Of a DNA stretch of 64,000 nucleotides, positions 1 to 14,015 are shown one piece after another. The position numbers were made by a program, and so were the translations under genes. This DNA is from Octopus vulgaris (lineage: Eukaryota). Every line of letters begins with the position of its first letter. The stretch's first letter is position 1. The stretch is from contig OX597815.1 of assembly GCA_951406725.2 (NCBI GenBank), positions 105,896,001-105,960,000 of the forward strand, read 5' to 3'. The notes beneath the pieces were generated by a model. The model was not told the DNA's origin. It was given only the letters and a program-made list of their open reading frames with translations, and made no database searches.

Positions 1-14
1 TTGTATTTATCTAG

Positions 15-534
15 GATAAGCAAGCAATAGCAGAAAAGGCCATTGATAAAATGAAGTGTTCTAGCAACATTCATAAAGAACTGGAATCTAAGTGCAAAAA
101 AGTTCAAGAACTGCTCTATACACGTACAACACATAATGCTCAGCTACAAATAGTCTGTTGTCTACTTTGTGGTCTTCTCACTCCATTATATACACAAATT
201 CTTGATTTAATTATGCAATGTTATATTTTAAAAGAATCCATCAAAAGAAGTGAGACAACATTTTCTCATCTACGCCTTTTAATTCAGAGTTTTAGCTGTC
301 AGTTGTTGAAATTTGAAGAAGATAGCAAGGACAAACCTCACAACAAATTCAGCTATAAAAAATCTCCTATACTGAGGTTGCGTTGCTATGTTATTGTTAT
401 TTTGGCTGCTAACCGTCTAATTTTTCTGTCGAGGACCAACAAACCACTACTTTCAGCTTTTGACATAGCCTTAGGGCCTGTTTCTCTGAGGGTTCAAGCA
501 AACATTGATCAAAACTTTCTGGATTCCTTTTCAG
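15..534 (+). CDS. CCDC171: CCDC171-like coiled-coil protein, internal exon A (gene starts upstream of the window)
   Basis: Acceptor tttatctag|GAT and donor TCAG|gtaaat; open frame DKQAIAEK...LRCYVIVILAANRL...; the IxVLAANRL motif matches CCDC171 as I recall it (FRKGVIAVLAANRL); phase 0 to 1. Confidence 0.85.
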
Positions 535-3432
535 GTAAATTTTTTCAAAAATTTTATATCATTGTTGTCTTTTAAAAAAAGAAACATATTTAACTTGAAA
601 TAATATAATGTGCTGCATATTACCTCATTCCCCCCATCAAATTGACATTGCTTACATTCCAAACATGAGTAATGAATGTCTTATTGAACTAGGATTTTCA
701 ATAAAGAAAAAATTTTAACTTTATTTATATTGTTAAATAAATTAATACTGTAAATTAATAGTGCAGAACTATATTATGAATTAGATTTTATGCTTGTTAG
801 GCATATATTAAAATTTTTTATTTGGTCATGTGCCTATAAAAGCTCATACCTCAATGGTTAGGTGTTGCACTCACAACTGTTAGATCATGGGTTCAATTCC
901 CAGACTGAGCAGTGCAGTGCACTGCATTCTTGAGCAAAACACTTCATTTCACATTGCTCTGCAATCTTTTCAACATCAGCATCCATTTTGACATGGTTTC
1001 TGCAGCTGGATACCCTCCATAATGCCAACCACTTTACTGAGTGTACTGGGTGCTTTTTTTCATAGTACCTCCACTAGTGAGGTTGCTTTGCAACTTGAAA
1101 GACTAAAGGGCATAAAAAGCCTCTGATAAATGGAGGGGAATAGAAGGGAGAGGGTGTATTATGATTTTAGGGAAGGTAATGAGAAGAGTATAATTAAGTA
1201 TAATGAGAAGAGTGGCTGGAGTGATAGTGGAGTGAGTAACAGAATAGACACTTTTGGCAGAGAGAGAATGGAAAGAAACAGGGAAAGGGATTAGTGTCAG
1301 TTGTTAGTGAAAAAGGGAAGGACAGAATAGTAAGGATGATGAAGTGTGTTATATAAGAAAGGGTTCCAGGCTGTCCCATCTCAGTGGGATTCAAATTCAG
1401 AGTGCAGAAAGTTAAAAGGAATACCACAGGGCATTCTATCTGGTGCTCTAATGATTCTGCTAATTCACTGGCTTTGTAGGTATTACTCTTCTGTCCAATA
1501 TCTAGCAAAGACTTGTACAGAAAGGCTACTGTCTCAGAATATATGATAATCTAAAAATTTCTTCAAACTTAGATTAATTGAACTTCTCTAAAGTCACGCT
1601 GTATGGCTCAAATAGACTATTTTCAGCAATTAAGGGAGCCTCTATACAATCACTTATTCTGCTAGAAATAGCTGCCAAATCTCCTTCAAAATACTCCCTA
1701 CTGTGTTTTAAAAAATGTAGGACATGTGGAATAATGCACCTTCTGTCAAAGATGAATGCATTTGATCATGTGTCTGCTATGATAATAGGCCTAACCTCAG
1801 GCTAAATAACAACAACTCACAGTATTTATTTCAAGTAATTAGTAGGGAATTTCTTTTCCCTCTAATTCTTTTATCATCATCATCATCATCATCATCATCG
1901 CTATTATTATTTTTGCGCTCATGGCAATAGTGTGAACATACACATTTCTTTCTTTGATGTTCACAGATGATTGCCTGAAGCAAGTAAAGCAATAATCCAT
2001 GTTTTATTTGATAAACTTTGTCTTCTACATTTTTATAGCCTTTGAGTTTACCGTCTTCTTTTAATAATAGGAGTAATATATAAAAGGATTACTACTAGTA
2101 GTGTTGTTTGTATGAAATATGCAAATGAGGTCAGTGATGAGGACTGCTGTTTTCACAACTACTACTAATCTTTTGTCATCAATTCCCAGTAGCAGAAAGT
2201 ATGATGATGTATCTTCTTTATAGATGATTTAATTCAAAGAAACTCTTCAAGAAATCTGTGTTACTTTGCTTGATATTTACTTATTTAAACCGTTCATTTA
2301 GATTTGAAGTAGCAATTACCATAATGCATGGAGTATCACAAGAAATCTTAATCAGCGTTATACTTTAATGTTCTGAGTTTAGATACTGCCAATATGTTTT
2401 TTAATAAGTTTTTTTTTTTATGGTTTAATCAGATACTGGGACCTAAAATTCATGAGAGGAAAGGGAAATATCCTCAGAGACCTGATCCAAATACTTGAAA
2501 CAAAGTGGAATCTGCTAAAGGTACTCAAGAGCTAGGTGGTAATGTTAAAATAAGAGATTGATTAAGTTTACAATACAAGAAGATGAGCAGACCTTCTGAC
2601 AGACTTTTATATATTTAATCTACCAAATATTACTCACAAAGTTTTAGTCAGTTCAGTATTATTGCAAAATGCTCATGCTTAATTATTGCACTGGAGAACT
2701 GAAACCAAACCCATGTAGTTGAAAAGCAAACTTTTTAAGCATAGCACCATCTTCCTTTTTTTTTCTTTTTCTTATTTCAATAAAGTTGTAGTAATGTATT
2801 AATTCCAGTTTAATTGGTATAGAGATAGAGGGAGGAGTTAAGATGAGTTGATGGGGGAGAGGGTGAGAGACTCGTCAAGGACAAATTGTGTTCAAGTTCA
2901 AATCCTGTCATGGCCAACTTTCTGTCATCTTTCTGTGGTTGATAAAATAAAGTACTAGTCAAATACCAGAGTTAATATAATCAGCTGTTCCCTTCTCACA
3001 AATATTTTGAAAAAACTATTATTACTATTTTGTTTCCTGCTTACATCAATTTTTTTTCATCTTGTATTATTTTATTCTCCTATCAAAGCAGGTCTAGCTT
3101 AGTTTTCACAATTAACTGATGTTATTTCTATTTTTTGTTTTAAATCTCTGTTGTCTTTTGAAAAGTAAGCATTGTCATAGCTCAGATTCCACTCTCTTAA
3201 ATATTTTCATCTCTCTGGCTCTTTCTTATGATTAACCGCCCCCCCTCTCTCTCTCTCTCACACACACACATTGTTTCAAACTTCAAATCTATATTCCAAG
3301 GTTAATGACACCATGATCAAGAATTGAAACTGGCAGATAACACATTCATGGTTATTTGCTAGTCCAAGTAAATAATCTCCTAAAAATAATTATAAATGAA
3401 ACTAATATATTACTTTCTTTTTATTTTGAAAG

Positions 3433-3570
3433 ATTGTCTTTCAAAGAATTCAGATGAAGACAAATCTAAAGGCTTGCTTCAGTTATTAAGCAGTCAAAAT
3501 TTGAATGAATCTCTCAGGATGTCTGTCACTGAACTCCAAAAATTTGTCTCAAATGCTACAAAAAATGATG
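3433..3570 (+). CDS. CCDC171: CCDC171-like exon B
   Basis: ttttgaaag|AT ... GATG|gtaaca; DCLSKNSDEDKSKGLLQLLSSQNLNESLRMSVTELQKFVSNATKND resembles CCDC171 [21 protein letters not shown]; phase 1 to 1. Confidence 0.85.
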
Positions 3571-6500
3571 GTAACACTTCAGTTTTTATTTATTTGAATT
3601 GTTTAAAGCTTCAGTTAAAGAACTAGCAACTAAATATATTTCTTTAACTTTTATATGAATACTAGCTAAACATAGCATACTAAATTATACATACTAGCAG
3701 AAAGACCACATTCCGGGCAGTTTTCTGCTAGCCTCTTCATAATATTTTCACATTTGATTCCCATTTCTTATAATTTTTATATTTTACGTCCAATTATTTC
3801 TTTGTATAATAGTGCTCACTTGCTTAGTAAATATTGCTTTCATTCTTTTATCACAGTCATAATCTCTCTTTTTTTTTAACAAACATCACGGTAGTCCAAC
3901 AACAGAGAGAGAAGCAGTTTGTCAAGTTTTACCTTCCCCTAAAAGCAACATAGAGATTTCAATTCAGCAGCCCATTTGTAAGCTTTGCAGTATATGTGTG
4001 TGTGTGTGTGAGAGAGAGAGAACTTTGCAAACAATGAATGTAACAAACATGAAATAAAAATATTGTATAAAATAAAAGGGCATTACTACAGATGTATACA
4101 CTCCTGACTTTGTTGCCTCATAACATCCAAAAAAATGGATACTTTTTAACAAAATTTTTTACAAATACTACTTAGATGTTGTGGCTTCAGAGTATATAGG
4201 AATTTATGGGGAAGAATTTTTGTGAGGGGGTGGAGAGAGGAGTTTCAGAAAATTCACACAATCTGAATTTTTTCCCTCATAACTTTCAGGAAGATGGGTA
4301 TCTTTTAATGAAAATTTATACAAATCCCTTTCAAACAGCATAGATTATGATTGTAAAGAAATTTGTGGGGGAAATTTTTTCAGGGATTTTCTCCAATTTT
4401 TAAACCACAGCCTTCGAAATGATGGGGTTGGTGGGGGGGATCTTTGTATGAAAAAGGTTTTGAAAACTCTTTTTTTTACACCCCCTCCCTCATCATCACA
4501 TTCTGTACCTACTTTGGCCTTTTTTTTTGTTTGCCCTTCAAAACTATGGGAAGAGCATTTTCAGTAAAAAAATTTTTTTAATTGTGAATAAATATCAGAG
4601 GGAAAAGTGATTTAAGGGCATTTTGGCTGTTGTTTCTAGCACATCCAAAGACAATCCTCCTCGTTTCTTTATCATTCTTGCATGTATTGATGTTTTTCAA
4701 TATTCCCCCCCCCCCCCCCCGATTGTTTCTGTTAAGAAATTAAAATATTGGAGAGTCTGAGAAGGTCATTACTGGCATTTGTCCACAGTGATTTAAAAAA
4801 TTACAGAGATGTACTTGCATAGCAAGTGACTTGATCTGAGATCATGTGCTGAAACAAAAACAATTGCAGTGTGGGAGCTGTTTGTAAACCATTCAAGAAC
4901 ACACAAATACCATTAGTTTCACTTCAACATTAAAACTTCATTTGTGTCAAAATATTTTTGTCACTTTGAAACCGCAACTTGTTCACTGACAAAACTTCAC
5001 AAAAGTGATGCAGCACAAAGCTTTGTCAGTGAATAGCACATGCACACACACACACACACACATTCATTTATTCATTGTGTTTCATTTGTGTGTATGTGTA
5101 TTTTATGTGTGTGCATGAGTGTGTATTGGTGTGTGCAGTGTCCCTGTTCAAGTTGTTTGGAAACTGTGAATAAGATGCAAGTTTTGAGTACTTGTTGGTA
5201 ACTTTTTCTTTTTCTCCTCATCTTCAAATAGTAATTACCCAACTTTCTAGGCTCTTCTCACAGCTATTCCGTGTTAAAAATTATACAGGTATTTTTAAAA
5301 TTTTTCATTCAATAAATAATATTTTTACATTAGATATACATTAATAGTGAATTAAACTTAAAAGAGAAAGTGAGAGACTTTGCAAATGAAAATGGAATAC
5401 TCTGCAGTGAATGTGGTGAATATTTAAATTTGTGGTGAATTGGACACAGTGAATATTTAAATTTGCAAGAAATTGGAGTTTTAAAAAATTCAATAAACTT
5501 GAGAAATCAAACTTATAGGAAATTTCTTAGAACATGAAATTATAAAAATATTTCCAGATGGTCAATCCTTTAATAATTGCTTTCTTTTAGTACTTTTAGT
5601 AATTGTTACATACCTAACTAATAAGCAGCTTTCTCCATTATAGTATAGATGTGGCTTGTGGGTATCACAAGAAAATACTGGTTTCTTACAAATTTATAGG
5701 ATGGAAAAATAATCAGTTGAATTAAATGGTGGTGTATTACCAGTCATTATTTTATCAAAAATTGTGAGATGAAAGGTTGTCATCTCACAGCAGAATTTAA
5801 CATATAAATATAAAGGGATCATCATCATTATCATTTTCCATATTGGCATGTGTTGGATGGTTTGTCAGAGTCTGACAAAATGCAAGGCCATGTTGAGTTC
5901 TAGTGTCAGCTTTGGTACAGTTTCTATGGCTGAATGTCCTTCCTAGCACCATCCGCTTTACAGGGTGTACTGGGTACTTTTTTTTTTTTTATGCTACTGA
6001 CACTAGTGGCTGAAGGCATAGCAAAGGTGTGATTGGTAGAAAGAGGGTAGGTAGGGATGATAATGGTGAATGGAGGTGGTTCCAGGAGGGAGAGAGGAGG
6101 AGGAAGAAGTAACCAGAAGGGAGGAGATGTCATATGTGCCAGTTCTGCTCATGGATGATTACAACAGCCAAGTAGTACCACAAAAGAGGGAGTGGTGGAT
6201 GTTAGGAGATGTGAATTGTGGGGAAATGCTTGACATGTCAGAGCGAAAGAAGGTAAGGGCAGTGCCCCACATATAAAGGCATAATAGAGTGGTTTACAGA
6301 TACTATCTTTTGGCTCTAATGGATGGGTTTTCTTGAGCACAGCAAAATGCAAATCATCTCAGTCCTTTGTCATCTCTGTATGGCTCAGCATCTTGAGATG
6401 AGACTTCAATACATCATTCTATGTCTTCTTGGGTCTCAGAATAAATATCAGAACACATTACGTCTAAGGCTCTACTGATTCTGTCATTTACTGTCCTTAA

Positions 6501-6767
6501 CTAACTGTACACAGGTATGTTGTTCTAAACAAACTTTACATCTGTTTGTCCTTCTTAATACTGATCTTACTGTAAGAGGTTACCTTGAAGTTGATGTTTA
6601 AGAATGTCTTGTCCTGGTAGACTGACATAGGTAGCATAAGAGCTCATCACTATGTACTTATCTAGTGTTTGGTATCTGAGGCAAGAAGACACTATATCTC
6701 TGTAAAGACAACTATATAAAAGATTTTCTTGTTTTACTTTTTTTTTTGTTTTTGTTTTCTATTCCAG

Positions 6768-6985
6768 TATCTCAATTAGATACCAAATCATTCCTTGTTT
6801 GTGCTCGTGGGACCTTGAACCAAATTGCCAATATTCTTGTACGGAATTTTCAGAATACCAATTATATGATCCCATCAAATGGCTTAACAAGTAGAGACTC
6901 TCTAATCTCTAGACTAGCTTGTGGCTTGCAGACACAGCTAAGAATTAGACCACAAGCTACCACTAATACTCTACTGTACCAGAAA
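6768..6985 (+). CDS. CCDC171: CCDC171-like exon C
   Basis: Long polypyrimidine tract + ttccag|TA ... CAGAAA|gtaagt; contains RDSLISRLACGL (cf. KDSLVQRLAHGL); phase 1 to 0. Confidence 0.88.
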
Positions 6986-8438
6986 GTAAGTATATAATCT
7001 AATAGCAAAATGCATTTCTATTTTCCTATGTTATAGTGCATGGCTAGCAGAATTAGCAGAACATCAAACAAAATATTTGGTAATATTTATTATCAACCCA
7101 CATCTCTCTAGCTTTTGAGTTTGAATCTTACCTAGGTCCATTTTGCTTTTCACCCTTCTGAAGTCATCAAAATAAATACCAGTTGACAAACTAAGCAATA
7201 TGATTGATGTAATCCTATAATTTATACCTTAGAAAATAATGCTCCAGCTTAGCCACAGTCTATTCATTGAAGCCAGTAAGAGAATAATGTATGCATGTAT
7301 TTATGTAATGTATTGCTTTAACTAAATCAGTTGGTTGTTTGTTCTAGTTCCTATAGGACTGGAATAGCTTAATCAGATGTTTATTTATGGAATAACCAAC
7401 CAATTATGGAAAGGTTATTGTTGATATTAAATTGTTTTTGCCATTATTACTACTGCTGTTGTCATTGTTTAACCCAAATGAGTTACATCAAAGGAATGAT
7501 CATTTAAATTCTTGGTTGTTACTGAGTTCATTAACCTGATACTGAATTACCTTTTATCTTGTTTTTACCACTTTTTTGCCTAGTTAGCATATCCTAAAGC
7601 GTTGAGTAATGAAAAAGTCTTCTATAGCATTACCAGAATGAAACTATAAAGCCTGCAACAGCTTATCAGTTATAGTCTGTTGTATGCTTCTCTAACATTG
7701 AGCCATTCATCTACTCTTTAGAAAGGTTATTCTTTATTGTCAGTAAGGGGTAGGATAATAAAAATAGATGCTGGATAAGGTATATGTTGCATTAAGGACT
7801 GTAATGGACAGTAGGCAAGCACATTGAGAGTGTAGGTGTATAGCTGGTGAGATTATTTATAGTTTTTGGTTAGTTTCTAAATTGACTACCTTTTAGATTG
7901 AATCTGAAAATGTTATATGATACTTTAGAAAATGGTAGATGACAAACATTTCCTTTGTGTTATTGTTCTAAGTAGAAAGCTATGGTAGTTGATTATTGCT
8001 TTTGTAGTTTAGTTTTACTCCAGATCAGCCTCCCCCAATAATGTTGATCAACAGCATTCCTGTCATGACCATCTCATCTTTTTTTTTTCATGTTTTTGAT
8101 TTAAGCATAATGTGTCATCATCATCATCAACATCATTATCATCATTTAAGGTCTGCTTTCGATGCTGGCATGGTTTGTCTTGGACTATATCATCTAATGT
8201 ATCCTTTTTTAAGATTGTAGGTGCAATCTGAGAAGAATTTGATTCTTTCGAATAAGATCTCCTATCATATAGATGTTTCTTATTTATTTATTTGTATCTG
8301 TGTATGTAGTAATTTTATTATCATGTTTTGCTATTGTTTGCTCTTCTATGGGTTATATGAATCATAAGTTAGGTGAATGGAGATTATGATATAAATAGAG
8401 TGATACAATCCCTGTGATTGTCCCAATTTTTTTATGAT

Positions 8439-9585
8439 TCATCATCATCATCATTGTCATCATCATCATTGTCATCATCATCATTATCATTTAGCATCTG
8501 CTTTCCATGCTGGCATGGGTTAGATGGTTTGACTGGAACTGTTGAACCAGAGATCTGTATCAGGTTCCAGCCTGATTTTGGTTTAGTGTCTCTGGCTGGA
8601 TGCCCTTCTTAATGTCAACCACTCCAAGAGTGCAGTAGGTACCTTTTATGTGTCACCAGCACGGGTGCTTTTACATGTCACCTGCACTCTGGTTTCCACA
8701 TGTCATCAGCACAGGTGCTTTTACATGTCACCAACACCAGCCACACTTGGCTTGACGAGTCATCTCAAGCACAGAAAATCACAAAAGGTCTTGATCACTT
8801 GTTACTGCATCCATGAGACCCAACATTTGAAGATCATGCTTCACTGCTCTGTCCCATGTCTTCCTGGGTTTACCTCTTCCACAGGTTCCCTCCACAGTTA
8901 GAGATCAGCGCTTCTTTACACAGCTGTCCTCATCTGCATGCATCACTTGACCATACTGGCACAGCCCTTTCTCTTGCACACCATATTTGATGTCTCTTAT
9001 GCTCAATTTTTCTCTCAAGACTCTCAGTCTGTCGTACATACACACTGACATTGCACATCAAGCGAAGCCTTGTAGCTTCATTTCTTTCAAGCCTTAGCGT
9101 GTCCTCTACTGTCACAACCCATGTTTCACTGCTGTGAAGCATGGCTGTTCACACATAAACATCATACAATCTACCTTTCACTCTAAGAGAGATTCCCTTT
9201 TGTTACCAACTAAGATATAAGCTCTCTGAGCTTTTTCCCAGCCTATTATTCTAGCAGCTACACTCTCGGAACATCCACCTCTGCTGCTAACTTGGTCACC
9301 TATATAGTGAAAACTATCAACTACTTTTAGGTATCCCTCCCTGACAATTGATGGAGTCTATTTTCTGTACATTTCTAGTGTTTATTGCACATGTACATCT
9401 ACCACATACAAATACTATTTTCTCTGTTAACCTTCCACTGATTCTGTTGCACTTCTTACATGTCCATAGCTTGCACTGGGTCACCTTATGGAATTTCCAC
9501 CTGTCTTTTCTACATATCAAGCAGGGCCATCTACTTAAAGGAATTTGTGATTTGTCTGCTTTCCTACTTACTAAGATTTTATTCC
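8439..9585 (-). mobile_element. Degenerate 5'-truncated RTE-clade LINE
   Basis: (GAT)n tail on minus strand; fragments MLHSSETW...LERNEA and WPCLICRK...CKLW...CGRC homologous to the 15207-17170 copy. Confidence 0.85.
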
Positions 9586-9700
9586 GGGCCTTGCTTCTAC
9601 ACCTGAATTTTTTTTTTCTCCAGTCCTGGTTAATTATATTTATATAATGGTTGTGTAACGTAATATACATCTCAGTATTTGTTTCTTTGTTTCTTTCAAG

Positions 9701-9883
9701 GATATGATACAATCTCTACAAAACTACACTTCCGATTTAAATAGACATGTTCACAAAATGACAACACAATTACAACAGTTGAAGCAGAAGCAAGATATAT
9801 CTGCACAAGAAAAAGAACAGTTTGAACTTGATAAATCAACTATTTTCCATCTACAAGAACAGCTAAAGCAACTGCATGAAAGG
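9701..9883 (+). CDS. CCDC171: CCDC171-like exon D
   Basis: ttctttcaag|GAT ... GAAAGG|gtactc; 61 codons of heptad-like coiled coil (DMIQSLQNY...QLHER); phase 0 to 0. Confidence 0.8.
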
Positions 9884-10559
9884 GTACTCTTAAGATATCT
9901 TTTTTTCATTTCAATTGTATATCAAGTTAAATTACCAACTACAATGTATCTTTAACTTAACTGTACTAATTATTGCCTGCTAATTTATTCATTTCGGGTG
10001 ATATGGAATTTTCCATGCTTTACACCATTTTATACATGTGCTTTATGTACCAAATTCAAATACACAGACCTTGGGATGAATGATTCTGCTGAATTATTTG
10101 ATATTGATTTTGCTTGTTCTCTATAAGCAAGCTTACAGGTGAGGCTAGTCTGTAATTTGAACATGCATGGCAAAAGTCAAGCAGTTTCTAAAAGTTCTTG
10201 TATAACTTACTCTAACTTCCTTCCATGTTTTGCTAGTTGTTTTTAATTTTCTTTATTAATATGTCATAGATGCTCTTGAATATGCTTAGTGCTGTGTAGT
10301 TGTGGTGTCTCTTTAACTTCAATGATTAAGCAAATCTGTTTTCAATTATGACCATCCTAGTTTACATATTTGTGCTTTAAATGACTCTAAGTAAACAACA
10401 GACAATTTATGCACAACATATGAATGTTTACATTTTTATGTAGTTGTTTACTCACAATTAATGGCTTTAATATTTAAATTTATTTAAGTATTTGATTCAC
10501 ATTTTGTTGTGTATAGAGTATATATATTGTTTACTTAATGATAAACAGGTTAAACATAA

Positions 10560-10996
10560 ACATGGTAATTAAACTTAATTTGCAACACCTGTACGTATTT
10601 ATCAGCTTTGTTTTTGTTGATAATTCTTATCAACAACTTTTCGTATGATCATGATTTGAGAAGACCCACAACAGCATCCTAAAGATTGGACATAATCTCC
10701 TGTGGGCAAGAAATGTAAAATAAAGTTTATTATAAACAACACAAATATTTTGTAATTTGATTGCTTTCAATGTGGTACCTGTTATACTGAAATTATTTTT
10801 ATTCATTGAAAATTTAATAAAATCTAATCATAAGTAAGTGAAATCATACTAAATACAACTAAATTCAAAACCTTCTCTCCCTAGCAATATCAGCAATTCT
10901 GAAACTTTTGGGTGTGAATTTACATGAGTAGAAGCTTTTTTTTAACAAATTTTATCCTGAAAACCACCTGCACAAATTACATGGGTTTTTATGATA
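10560..10996 (-). mobile_element. Fragment (one end) of the pogo-like non-autonomous DNA transposon also at 24060-25385
   Basis: About 430 bp is the reverse complement of 24060-24490 and ends in the GGGTTTTTATGA-TA terminal motif. Confidence 0.75.
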
Positions 10997-11387
10997 GTCT
11001 TAAGATATCTTAAAAAGGAAATGAGAAATGGAAATATGGGTTTTTGTTTTTGAATAACATGAGTAGTTAATTTGTCATTGATTTCTCCATTCAGAAAAGT
11101 CCCTTATATGAATAAACTATTAATTTTTTTTTTAATATGCAATGTTATTTATATGAATGTTATTTATTATTTTATTGTCTGGGGAGAGTTGTTCTCTTTT
11201 AGTGCTTTATTACTTAACACACTCACCAATTCGATTTCCACTCATTTACTTATTTATTTTCTCTAAAATTTCTATTGCATCTTGCAACCCCTTCAGCATT
11301 TATTTATTATTGTTATATAGAAATCACTGCAATATAGCTTAATTTTGATGAATTTCATTTTTGTTTCTTGTTGTTGTTTATATTTAG

Positions 11388-11579
11388 CAACAGAAGCAAA
11401 TATCAGTGGAGACATTTGAGAAACTTGTATTTGAACTAAAATCTTCTATGCTTCGAGAACAGCGGAATGATCAACTGCTGAGAGAGCAATCTGCTCAGCT
11501 GACAGAAATATCATCACAGCTTGAGGAACAGAATAACAAAGTTTTCCTGAAAGAAAATATATTATCAGAAGTTACTGAA
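11388..11579 (+). CDS. CCDC171: CCDC171-like exon E
   Basis: tatttag|CAA ... ACTGAA|gtatgt; FEKLVFELKSSMLREQRNDQLLREQSAQL (cf. [29 protein letters not shown]); 64 codons. Confidence 0.88.
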
Positions 11580-13093
11580 GTATGTATTGTTAAGCTTTAA
11601 TACATTGTTGGTCAGAATCATATTAGGTAGGACAGATAACCAAGATAATCAGCAGCTAGTGTGGCTGAAATTTAGTAATATCAAAAATGTAATCTTGTGA
11701 TAACCCTTGTGGGCAATTCTATAACATCTGACTGTGTAAACAGGTCACTGATTTAAGACAAGTTAATTTCTATGGAGTGCCAAATTCATACATTAATGCT
11801 GTTATGACTATGTACCAACAGTGATGTTTGTATTTCCTTCAGGCAATATAACAAATTTGAGGTGTCTTCTTCAAGGTGACACACTTGCATAATTGTTATG
11901 GATTATGTTATAGATATATTTCCGCAAGAAGATTGCTACACTATCAAGAGAAAGCTTTTGAGTAGATCGCTTGCTGTAAAACTTCCAGTATTAGATTTGC
12001 TGAAATTACTGTAATTTTAAGTGATAGCCCTTTGGCTGCTTAAAGGCAATAGACAAGTTTTGAAACTATATCTGAAAAGTGGGAATAAAAATCAAAGTCA
12101 TGTTCATTGATGACCTAAACTTCACAATCTCAGAAGTCCAGTTTCCTTTTGTCACAGGTTTTTGCTATCCTCTGTATGAAATGGCAGAAGATAGAAATGT
12201 TTTTAAACAAAGATGTCAATTAGAATAGGGGAAAAGCATATAAACTTTATATTTTTTGGAATCATTCCATCAGTAATAGAATTAAAATACTTCTTTGTGA
12301 AACTTGCATTGAAACAGTTCTACGTTGCTAAGTATCATTCTTTGTTATAATTTTGACTTGGAAGTCATTTCCCAGAATGAAAAACTTTGCTCTGTTGATA
12401 GCTTTTGACAGTTTTCAGAGGTCCAAATATACTACTAACTAGTCTTTTGAACCATAAAAATAAAAACATTATATTATTGGTAGAATTTTGCAAAAGAAAT
12501 ACATTTCCTAAATTAATGATGATCAAGCATGATGCAATATTAGATTTAATGAATCTTCTGATGTTACCATGGAGAAGAAATAATGGTGAAAGTGCATTGA
12601 CTTATATTGAATGCATATCTCTTACTGTTGTGGGTTGTCTGTTATAGAGATAGCAGAAGATACCAAAGAAATTTGTTTCATCAATGGTTCTTAATTCCAA
12701 CATGATAGAGGCAGGATGGCTGAATGAATGTGATGTTGGATGTAGTAGCAGCCATAACAAAAGTAACTTACCACAACAAAGACAACATTAACATAATCTA
12801 CAAGGACAGTATCAACATCAGGAATTACAATATATCCATAAGCAAAGGAACATCTTTTGTGCATGTCATAGGTTTATCAATCTCTGGAAGGCAAAATAGA
12901 TGTTATTAAAAAATAATATGAAAGATATTGTTTGTCCAAGTATCATGTCACTCTCAGAAGAGGAAATGCTATGCTCCCCAAAAACATTCTAGGGGTTATC
13001 TTAGTGTTTTGTGATGAAGCTAAAATCTTTGATAAATCACTTTTCTCATTCTTTTCTAATGTCTAAATAGTCTGTTATGGCTTGTATTTTTAG

Positions 13094-13239
13094 ACTTTAT
13101 CCAAGTGCCAAGATACTCTAAAGACTAAAGAACAATCATTATATGAAGTGAAGAATAGAATAAAACAAAATAATAGTGAAAAAGCAGAGCTGCAAGAAAA
13201 CCTTCTTGATGCTGAAAGGACTCTGAGAACAGCTGCTCA
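13094..13239 (+). CDS. CCDC171: CCDC171-like exon F (absent from ORF track)
   Basis: tttttag|ACT ... GCTCA|gtaagt; TLSKCQDTLKTKEQSL...LQENLLDAERTLRTAA (cf. LEENIHDAESALRMAA); phase 0 to 2. Confidence 0.88.
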
Positions 13240-13579
13240 GTAAGTAACTGGAGTGTGTGCTTGTGTGTGTGTGTGTGTGTGTGTGTGCATGTATGTGTGT
13301 GTGTGTTCAAAGAGGATGTTAATCTTGCAAGCTGCGTGATGACCTTACTAGTGCTGATGCCATAAAAAAATGCAGCCAATACACAAAGCAGTTGGCTTTA
13401 GAAAGGATGTCCTGCTGTAGAAACCATACTAAAGGAGACATTAGAGGATGTTGCAGTCCTTGGACCCATCAGATCCTGTCAAATCATCCAACCCAGACTA
13501 GCATGAAATGTGGACGTTAATAATGATAATGATGATGTCTTTGTAGACCACAGTTCATAATAATTGGCAAAGCATGGCT

Positions 13580-14015
13580 ACAGGCAGAGATGTGGTTGTG
13601 TGGTTAAGATACATGCTTTCCAACCATGTAGTCTTGAGTTCAGTCCCACTGTGTGGCAGGTTGGGCAAGTGTCTTCTACTATAGTCCAGGCCAACCTAGC
13701 CCTATGAGTAGATTTGGTAGACAAAAACTGAAAGAAGCCCATTGTGTAAATGTGCATGTTTGTGCATGCATGTGTATTTCTTTGTGTGTACCTTTGTCTA
13801 AATATCACAATTGTTATAAATGAGCATTACTGTCATACAAACAAGGCTGTTCATTTCCAGTTTTCTGTGAAAAATTGTCTACCTATGGAGAAATATTACT
13901 TTGCTTGGACATAAGTGAGGTTGGTGACAGGAAAAGCATCTGGTTGAGATTGTCAGATTCTCAACAGATTCTGTCCAACCCATGCAAGCATGGAACAGTT
14001 GACATTAAATGATGA
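13580..14015 (+). mobile_element. tRNA-derived SINE with RTE-like (GAT)n tail
   Basis: A-box-like TGGTTGTGTGGT and B-box-like GAGTTCAGTCC; body GGGCAAGTGTCTTCTACTATAG...GATTTGGTAGAC shared with copies near 26260-26660, 43500-43880, 48515-48930 and 54025-54396. Confidence 0.7.

Noticed and set aside
4705-4720. C16 homopolymer (G-quadruplex potential on the minus strand)
   Set aside because: Isolated simple run with no supporting context
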